A DNA stretch of 20,000 bases from an uncultured virus (IMG/VR IMGVR_UViG_3300009500_000013). Its lineage: Duplodnaviria; Heunggongvirae; Uroviricota; Caudoviricetes. Position 1 is the first letter of the stretch. Each line of letters opens with the position of its first letter. Location of the stretch: IMG/VR virus record IMGVR_UViG_3300009500_000013. The stretch is one strand, 5' to 3'. This document shows positions 8,615 through 14,852 of this stretch, one piece after another. Both the position numbers and the translations under genes were made by a program. The notes under the pieces are model-generated. The model was not told the origin of the DNA, did no database searches, and saw only the letters and a program-made list of their open reading frames with translations.

Positions 8615-11600
8615 ATGACATCATCTAGTAGTTATAGTCAAAAAAGACAAAGTGAATTGTTTGCTGGAGAAAACTGGAATGTTGCTTTTAAAGCGTTCAG
8701 TACAGTAAATTTAAAAGCATATGATTATGACACAATAAAATCAGCTTTAATTCAGCAAATTCAAACACTTTATCCAGAAAATTATACTGATTGGGTAAGT
8801 AGCAGTGAATTTGTTTTTATCATAGACATGTTGGCATATTTAGGACAAAGTTTGGCATTTAGGATAGATTTAAATGCTAGAGAAAACTTTTTAGATACTG
8901 CTGAACGTAGAGAAAGCATAATAAAATTAGCTAAATCGCTTGGCTATACTGCAAAAAGAAATTATCCTGCTCGTGGCTTAGTAAAACTTCAAACTATTCA
9001 AACAGATCAACCTATAAGCGATAGTTTAGGCAATAATCTTAATAACGTAGCTATAAATTGGAATGATAGTACAAATGTGAATTGGTATGACCAATTTATT
9101 CAAATTGTTAATACTGCCTTACAAAGTACCAATCCTTTTGGATTACCTATAAAAACTGCTACCTTAACTAATAATGTTGTAAGTCAGTTATACCAACTTA
9201 ATAGCCAAACTCTAACTACTATTAGTGATAGCTTTAACGATACTATAAATGGACAGAATTTAAATTTTGAATTAGTAAATCCAGATATAGATAATGATTT
9301 ACTTCTCTATACAGAAATATCTCCTGATCCGCTTGCTGCTAAAAAACTAATATACCAATATGATGGTGCTGGAAATTCTAGTCCTAATACTGGGTTTTTT
9401 GGTTATTTCAAACAAGGAACTCTTGATTTTCAAGATTTTCAATTTACTTATCCTATAGAAAATAGAATAGTTGATATAAACGTAAACAATATAAATCAAC
9501 TAGATGTATGGGTCCAAGAAATAAACAATAGTGGGTTAGTAGTTAATACTTGGACTATGGTTCCAACTACAGATACTATTGCTTTTAATAGCATAGATAG
9601 TCAAGTAAGAACTATTTTTAGTGTTATAAGTAGAGATAATGATCAGATAAGTATAAAATTTGGTGATGGTAGATTTGGAACTTCCCCAACTGGGTTATTT
9701 AGAATATGGTACAGAACAAGTCTTGGTTCCAGTTTTGATATAAGTACTAATGATTTACAAAATATACAAATAACAATACCTTATTTTGTTAATAATGGCA
9801 ATAATAGCCAACCTTATAATTTAACATTAACCTATTCTTTACAATATCCTATTGGTAGTCTTGATGCTGGTTCTAGTGTTGCAGCAGAAACTGCGAACCA
9901 AATCCAAACTAATGCTAATCAAGTTTATTATACTCAAAATAGAATGGTTAATGGACAAGACTATAACGTATTTCCTTTACAAAATGGAAATACAGCAAGG
10001 AAAATAAAGGCTATAAATCGTACTTATAGCGGGCAAAGTAGATATATTGATATTAATGATCCAACTGGTTCCTACCAAAATACTAAACTTTTTAGCGATG
10101 ATGGTATAATATATGAAGAAAATTTCAATAGAAGCAATTATGAATCATTACCAACTATTAAAACTGCTTTAGAAATAATAAGCAGCGATATTCAACCACT
10201 ATTGAATGAAATTGATTTTAGAGACTTTTATCTTGCCAATACAGAAAGATTTACTGTTGATCAAAATCCTTTTCCTACTATATGGTATCAAGCAAGCAGC
10301 AATTCTAGTACTGGCGAATTTCAAGCTAATTATGGTTCTGGTTATGTACCAGCAGCAGTTGGGGTAACAGCTAGTAATAATTACAAATATATAACTTCAG
10401 GCAGTCTTGTTAAATTTAATGGTCCAACTGAAATATTAGGAAACGTGGTAAATCCTGTTTTTGCTATAGGCGATACCTTAATTTTTAATAGCACATCTAT
10501 TCAAAATTCTTTTTCAAGTCCTATTACTGTTACTTTTAGTGGAACAACACTTGCTTCTACTATAAGTGATATAAACAATAATGGAAGTTTAATTACAGTA
10601 GGGATAAGTGCAGTAAATTTCAATAACCAATTACAAATTATAGATGTTAATGGGGAAACATTAACTATTATTGGAACTGCACAAACAAAATCAGGTTTAC
10701 CAATAACTTCTGTTAATACTACTGAAATTTGGTGTAATGTTAATCAATTATCAGGAAATGGCATTAGTGCATCAATAACATCAACTGGGATTGGACCAGT
10801 ACAGTTAAATCAACCAATACCATCAGGTTATAGAGTAACTAGCGTAATACCAAGTTTTAATAGAACGCTTACATCAGATCAAATTACTACTATTCAACAA
10901 TTAATTAATTCAAAACTTACTTTTGCTTTAAGGTATGATATTTCTAGTGGTACATGGATAGTAGTTACAAGTGCAAATATTGATTTCTTAGATGCTTTTA
11001 GCTATACAAATGCAGGCGATTCTTCAAATAGCAATTTAGATGCTAGTTGGTTATTATTAGTTCAATATTTGCCAGGACAAGGATATTGGAGTTTTACTAC
11101 AAGAAACCTAAGATATATCTTTGAAAGTGTCACAGATGCAAGGTTTTATTTTATTTCTAATTTTAAGGTAGTTGATAGTACAACTGGACTTGCTTTAAGC
11201 GATAATATAAAGGTTCTCAAATACAATACTAAACCTATTGGTACTGGACCAAATATTAATAATGGTAATGAAGGTTTAGGAATTCCTTATCAATTTGATA
11301 TTATTAATAGCTTTCAATATCCAGACGGCTATACTGAACCTAGAAGAGTTCAGATAACATTTCCTGATACTTTTGATACTGGAAACCCAGATAATCCAGA
11401 TTCCTTTTTGACGTTGGTGGATCCACAAGGAAGTTTAACTGCTGGAAGTTTATTAACTCGTTATGTTTATCAAACTTTAACTACTGATGGTGATTATCAG
11501 TATTGGGACAGTGACACAACTATTGTTACTTTTCAAGATAGTAGCATGATAACTACAAGTACAATTTCAGTTGGTTCAGTGGCATTTGCTATAAATCAAT

Positions 11601-12292
11601 CAAAATTCTATTTAAATTCATCTGGTACTATTGTAGATGATACAAGTAATCATCAAGCATTTTTGGGAAGAAATGATTTAGATTTCCAATGGAATCATTA
11701 TGCACCAGCGGATCAAAGAATAGATCCAACATTTACCAACATTATAGATACATATGTTCTTACTGAAAATTACTATCAAGCTGTGCAGACTTGGCTTAAT
11801 ACTGTAAATCGACCACTATTTCCTGATTATCCAACAAGTGATGCTCTTAGACAACAATTTAGCGATTTATTAAATTTCAAAATGATAAGTGATGAAATGA
11901 TTTTTTCTAGTGCTAAATTCAAATTACTTTTTGGTTCAGCAGCAGATGAGCAGTATCAATGCCAATTTAAAGTAGTAAAGGTTCCAGGTACTGTAGTAAC
12001 CAATAATGAAATACAACAAAGAGTTATTACTGCCATTAATCAATTTTTTAATATAGATTTATGGAATTTTGGAGAAACATTTTTTGCTACTGAGCTAATT
12101 GCTTATTTACATCAACAGTTAGCTACTGTAATCTCAAGCATTGTCATAGTTCCAAAAATTAGCACAAACAAATTTGGTAATTTATTTGAAATACAGAGCG
12201 ATCCTAACGAATTATTTTTGTCTGTAGCTAGTGTTAGTGATATAATAATAGTTGATAACTTTACTCAAGGCAACTTAAATATAGGAAATTAA
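8615..12292 (+). CDS. Baseplate wedge subunit, T4 gp6-like (1225 aa, jumbo-phage type)
   Basis: gp6/baseplate-J-type motifs: YDYDTIKSAL...FIIDMLAYLGQSLAFRIDLNARENFLDTAERRESIIKLAKSLGY, ISIKFGDGRFGTSPTG, AETANQIQTNANQVYYTQNRMVNGQDY, and C-terminal FFNIDLWNFGETFFATELIAYLH. Confidence 0.92.
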   Translation: MTSSSSYSQKRQSELFAGENWNVAFKAFSTVNLKAYDYDTIKSALIQQIQTLYPENYTDWVSSSEFVFIIDMLAYLGQSLAFRIDLNARENFLDTAERRESIIKLAKSLGYTAKRNYPARGLVKLQTIQTDQPISDSLGNNLNNVAINWNDSTNVNWYDQFIQIVNTALQSTNPFGLPIKTATLTNNVVSQLYQLNSQTLTTISDSFNDTINGQNLNFELVNPDIDNDLLLYTEISPDPLAAKKLIYQYDGAGNSSPNTGFFGYFKQGTLDFQDFQFTYPIENRIVDINVNNINQLDVWVQEINNSGLVVNTWTMVPTTDTIAFNSIDSQVRTIFSVISRDNDQISIKFGDGRFGTSPTGLFRIWYRTSLGSSFDISTNDLQNIQITIPYFVNNGNNSQPYNLTLTYSLQYPIGSLDAGSSVAAETANQIQTNANQVYYTQNRMVNGQDYNVFPLQNGNTARKIKAINRTYSGQSRYIDINDPTGSYQNTKLFSDDGIIYEENFNRSNYESLPTIKTALEIISSDIQPLLNEIDFRDFYLANTERFTVDQNPFPTIWYQASSNSSTGEFQANYGSGYVPAAVGVTASNNYKYITSGSLVKFNGPTEILGNVVNPVFAIGDTLIFNSTSIQNSFSSPITVTFSGTTLASTISDINNNGSLITVGISAVNFNNQLQIIDVNGETLTIIGTAQTKSGLPITSVNTTEIWCNVNQLSGNGISASITSTGIGPVQLNQPIPSGYRVTSVIPSFNRTLTSDQITTIQQLINSKLTFALRYDISSGTWIVVTSANIDFLDAFSYTNAGDSSNSNLDASWLLLVQYLPGQGYWSFTTRNLRYIFESVTDARFYFISNFKVVDSTTGLALSDNIKVLKYNTKPIGTGPNINNGNEGLGIPYQFDIINSFQYPDGYTEPRRVQITFPDTFDTGNPDNPDSFLTLVDPQGSLTAGSLLTRYVYQTLTTDGDYQYWDSDTTIVTFQDSSMITTSTISVGSVAFAINQSKFYLNSSGTIVDDTSNHQAFLGRNDLDFQWNHYAPADQRIDPTFTNIIDTYVLTENYYQAVQTWLNTVNRPLFPDYPTSDALRQQFSDLLNFKMISDEMIFSSAKFKLLFGSAADEQYQCQFKVVKVPGTVVTNNEIQQRVITAINQFFNIDLWNFGETFFATELIAYLHQQLATVISSIVIVPKISTNKFGNLFEIQSDPNELFLSVASVSDIIIVDNFTQGNLNIGN
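10427..10711 (+). repeat. Copy 2 of the ~95-aa shared module, inside the gp6-like protein
   Basis: Translates TEILGNVVNPVFAIGDTLIFNSTSIQNSFSSPITVTFSGTTLASTISDINNNGSLITVGISAVNFNNQLQIIDVNGETLTIIGTAQTKSGLPITS. It shares the 15-nt string AGTGATATAAACAAT with copy 1. Confidence 0.85.
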
Positions 12293-12294
12293 AT

Positions 12295-12525
12295 ATGAAA
12301 GTAAATGAATTATTAGAAGCAACTATGCAAAATGTAGACTCTAGCAATATAGCAAGCATAGGATGGAAAGATGGAAATTTGGAAGTAGAATTCCTAAATG
12401 GAAGTTTATATATGTATTTGGATGTTCCAGAATCCGTTTTTGAAGAATTTATTGAAAGTTACAGTAAAGGTCAATTTCTTGCAAGAAATATAAAAGGACA
12501 ATATGAATATAGAAAAATTAGTTAA
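12295..12525 (+). CDS. KTSC domain protein with a short N-terminal extension (76 aa)
   Basis: Matches the KTSC consensus: MQNVDSSNIASIGW...LEVEFLNGSLYMYLDVPESVFEEFIESYSKGQFLARNIKGQYEYRKI. It starts 2 nt after the gp6-like stop, with AGGA upstream. Confidence 0.92.
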   Translation: MKVNELLEATMQNVDSSNIASIGWKDGNLEVEFLNGSLYMYLDVPESVFEEFIESYSKGQFLARNIKGQYEYRKIS

Positions 12526-12531
12526 TTTTAG

Positions 12532-12560
12532 TTGACATTTAATTATTTTAAGATTAAGAT
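12532..12560 (+). promoter_or_regulatory. Sigma70-type promoter TTGACA-17-TAAGAT
   Basis: Perfect -35 TTGACA at 12532-12537, a 17-nt spacer and TAAGAT at 12555-12560, 30 nt before ATG 12591. Confidence 0.7.
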
Positions 12561-12590
12561 AAAATATTAAAGACAATTAAAAGAAAAATT

Positions 12591-12743
12591 ATGAAAAAAT
12601 GTTTTTGTTATAGTGATATTTGTACTTGCGAAAAAAATTCAGATGCAAATGATGACGAAGACGATAATAATGATTATTTTACACAAGAATTAGAACTATA
12701 TCTATTAGGTAAAAGAGATTTTATAAAATTACAATCTGAATAA
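12591..12743 (+). CDS. Small Cys-rich/acidic hypothetical protein (50 aa; not in the ORF track)
   Basis: Translates MKKCFCYSDICTCEKNSDANDDEDDNNDYFTQELELYLLGKRDFIKLQSE*. It has its own sigma70-type promoter and fills the intergenic gap. Confidence 0.65.
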   Translation: MKKCFCYSDICTCEKNSDANDDEDDNNDYFTQELELYLLGKRDFIKLQSE

Positions 12744-12771
12744 ATTTTAAATTAAAAACTTAAGATTTATT
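12739..12771. terminator. Possible AT-rich hairpin between convergent genes
   Basis: AATAAATTTTAA-9 nt-TTAAGATTTATT forms a 12-bp stem with one G-T wobble, between the stops at 12743 (+) and 12772 (-). It has no GC pairs, so it would be weak. Confidence 0.3.
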
Positions 12772-13530
12772 TTAGCCATAGATAAAAGGAAGTGGTGTTC
12801 CACCATCTTGATAAGTATTTATTTCAACTTCTAACGCTGCCATTTCTGCAACTGCTTCTGCTTTTAATTGTGCACCATTAAGACTTATTTGTCCTTGTGG
12901 TCCAGGTATTCCAGCAAATTTCTCATATGCGTTGCCTAATATCATTTTACAGAGTGCCAATGTGTAGTTTCTTATCCAAGGTCCACTATATCTACCACTT
13001 ATGAGTAAATCATCACTAACATCCATATAAGCAACAATTCCTACATCCTCTGTCACTATCTGATGCCTAATTATGGTAAGTCTGCTAGTTCTACTATCCC
13101 ATCTAAAATCATAAGTTGCACCAAATAGCTTTCCAGCAGTTTCAAGCCAAGAGCTATAATAATAAAATGTTGCTAAGTCGCCTTGACCTGTTGGTTGTAA
13201 TAGATATAGGTTAGTATAGGCTAAGCTAAAAGGATCGTATTGGTTTCCATTAGTTTGACCAGAATTAGCACCTAAACCTTGTCTATAAATCTTTGAAACC
13301 TCAATTATCTCTTTTGGTAAAGTATAAGTCTGAACCTCTGGCTGAAGTGTTAAAAAAAACACTCCTTCTTGTGTAGCATTACTGCTTCTTTGTCTATATC
13401 TTTGGAGAGCTATGTCTAAGCTAGTAGTTAAGTCGTTAATACTTAAATCTATTTCAACTAAATTATTTGACAATAATACAAGAACTTGATCAATAAGTTT
13501 TTGTTTTTCTGTTTTTTCGTTAGCAACCAT
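12772..13530 (-). CDS. Neck protein, T4 gp13-like (head-tail adaptor)
   Basis: 252 aa with gp13-like blocks: VEIDL...ALQRYRQRSSNA, YTLPKEIIEV, WIRNYTLALCKMILGNAYEKFAGIPGPQGQISLNGAQLKAEA. Confidence 0.88.
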   Translation of the reverse strand: MVANEKTEKQKLIDQVLVLLSNNLVEIDLSINDLTTSLDIALQRYRQRSSNATQEGVFFLTLQPEVQTYTLPKEIIEVSKIYRQGLGANSGQTNGNQYDPFSLAYTNLYLLQPTGQGDLATFYYYSSWLETAGKLFGATYDFRWDSRTSRLTIIRHQIVTEDVGIVAYMDVSDDLLISGRYSGPWIRNYTLALCKMILGNAYEKFAGIPGPQGQISLNGAQLKAEAVAEMAALEVEINTYQDGGTPLPFIYG

Positions 13531-13560
13531 TATAAAACCAATGCAAATATATTGTTAAAC

Positions 13561-13566
13561 TATTTA
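13561..13566 (-). promoter_or_regulatory. Putative late promoter core TAAATA for the neck gene
   Basis: ATAAATA on the minus strand in the 40-nt gap after the sigma gene, 30 nt before ATG 13530. Confidence 0.6.
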
Positions 13567-13570
13567 TTGC

Positions 13571-14422
13571 TTATTCTGATTTCACTAGCATTGGTGCGTT
13601 ATCTCTTAAATAATTTTCATTGTCTTGATCTGCTTGTTGACTAAAACTAAGTTGATAACCTTCACCTTGTTCTACAATAAGCTGATTCCTTAATTTTGCT
13701 AATTCTTTTTCCTTATTTAAAGTTGCAGTAAAAATATTTAACAAAATCTGAGTCAAATATGAAAATGGATTATCACTTTTCATTTCGTTAAAAGTCAACC
13801 CAGTTTGGCATAATCTTACTACTCCCTCGCTTCGCATTTCATCAATATAACTATACCCTCTCCAATTACCACTTCTGCTGTATCTTTCTGCAAGCTGTAC
13901 ATATGCGTCACCAAGTTTTCTAGTGACTCTTCCATGTTTAGTAGAAAACTCGCCATTATGTAAACCATCTTTCCAATGACTCTTACCCACACATTTTAAT
14001 TGATTATCGCAAAAAGAATAATGCTGAAATGCTGGAAAATTTACTGGTGTCTTAACTTCTCTATTTTTCTTATCAATAAAAGTAGGAACATGTTCGTTAG
14101 TCATTACTCTAAAGACTAATTCTTCATTTTTTATATTCTCTGCCTTAAAACCATATTGTTCTATATATGCATCAATTTGTTTATTTGACATTTTTTTATT
14201 TTCAAATAAATCATCACCAAGATTATTATTAAGTCTAATAGCTCTTTTTATTTTAGCTTCCGCAATTACTGTATCGTTTATTTCTGATAAATTAGATACA
14301 ATATAATCAAAATCCTTATAGTTATCATCTAAAAAACTGCAAAAACTTATTTTACTTTTGTTTATCTCTTGTAATAACACACTGTTACTTAAATAATTAG
14401 TACTTTTTCTACGGCGTGACAT
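13571..14422 (-). CDS. Late-transcription sigma factor, T4 gp55-like (283 aa, with a large internal insertion)
   Basis: NYLSNSVLLQEINKSK and LGDAYVQLAERYSRSGNWRGYSYIDEMRSEGVVRLCQTGLTFNEMKSDNPFSYLTQILLNIFTATLNKEK parallel the T4 gp55 blocks. Shine-Dalgarno GAGGA at 14426-14430. Confidence 0.88.
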   Translation of the reverse strand: MSRRRKSTNYLSNSVLLQEINKSKISFCSFLDDNYKDFDYIVSNLSEINDTVIAEAKIKRAIRLNNNLGDDLFENKKMSNKQIDAYIEQYGFKAENIKNEELVFRVMTNEHVPTFIDKKNREVKTPVNFPAFQHYSFCDNQLKCVGKSHWKDGLHNGEFSTKHGRVTRKLGDAYVQLAERYSRSGNWRGYSYIDEMRSEGVVRLCQTGLTFNEMKSDNPFSYLTQILLNIFTATLNKEKELAKLRNQLIVEQGEGYQLSFSQQADQDNENYLRDNAPMLVKSE

Positions 14423-14452
14423 AATTCCTCAAAAATGTTTAATTAATCATTA

Positions 14453-14481
14453 ATAATATATAAAATTTTAATTAAATGCAA
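14453..14481 (-). promoter_or_regulatory. Sigma70-type promoter TTGCAT-17-TATTAT for the late sigma gene
   Basis: The minus strand reads TTGCAT TTAATTAAAATTTTATA TATTAT, followed by a GAGGA Shine-Dalgarno and the ATG. The very AT-rich context lowers certainty. Confidence 0.5.
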
Positions 14482-14507
14482 TATAAAATTCATGTTTTAA
14501 ACTTAAA

Positions 14508-14513
14508 TAAATA
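14508..14513 (+). promoter_or_regulatory. Putative late promoter core TAAATA for the gp53-hub-kinase-spike operon
   Basis: ATAAATA, 30 nt before ATG 14544; a second overlapping TAAATA lies at 14504-14509. Confidence 0.6.
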
Positions 14514-14543
14514 TAATATATAAACTTTTTATTAAAGCATTTT

Positions 14544-14849
14544 ATGGTCAATCAAATTTACGCATCTACCAGCCCTTATTATAATACTCCACAAACAAGT
14601 TTTTCATTAGATTTATGGCAAGGTATTGATATTTTAGCATATGATACTGATAAGATGTTATTACTTCCAAAACTTTATGAGTTTAGACCAGATTTACTTA
14701 GCTATGATCTTTATCAAACTACTAGACTTTGGTGGGTTTTTTCTGTTAGAAATCCTGATGTTATAAAAGACCCAATTTATGATTTTATTGAAGGTTGTCA
14801 AATATATGTTACTGATAAAGAAACTCTTTTTAGCATATTAAACATATAA
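14544..14849 (+). CDS. Baseplate wedge subunit, T4 gp53-like (LysM-like fold)
   Basis: 101 aa with YEFRPDLLSYDLYQTTRLWWVFSVRNPDVIKDPIYDF, which fits the RPD.LSY.LYG...LWWV gp53/LysM-like signature. Confidence 0.88.
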   Translation: MVNQIYASTSPYYNTPQTSFSLDLWQGIDILAYDTDKMLLLPKLYEFRPDLLSYDLYQTTRLWWVFSVRNPDVIKDPIYDFIEGCQIYVTDKETLFSILNI

Positions 14850-14852
14850 AAT

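Noticed and set aside
12276..12295. TAAATA motifs just upstream of the KTSC gene
   Set aside because: They lie 13 nt or less from the ATG rather than about 30 nt, and the hexamer is frequent in AT-rich DNA. Co-transcription with gp6 is the simpler explanation.
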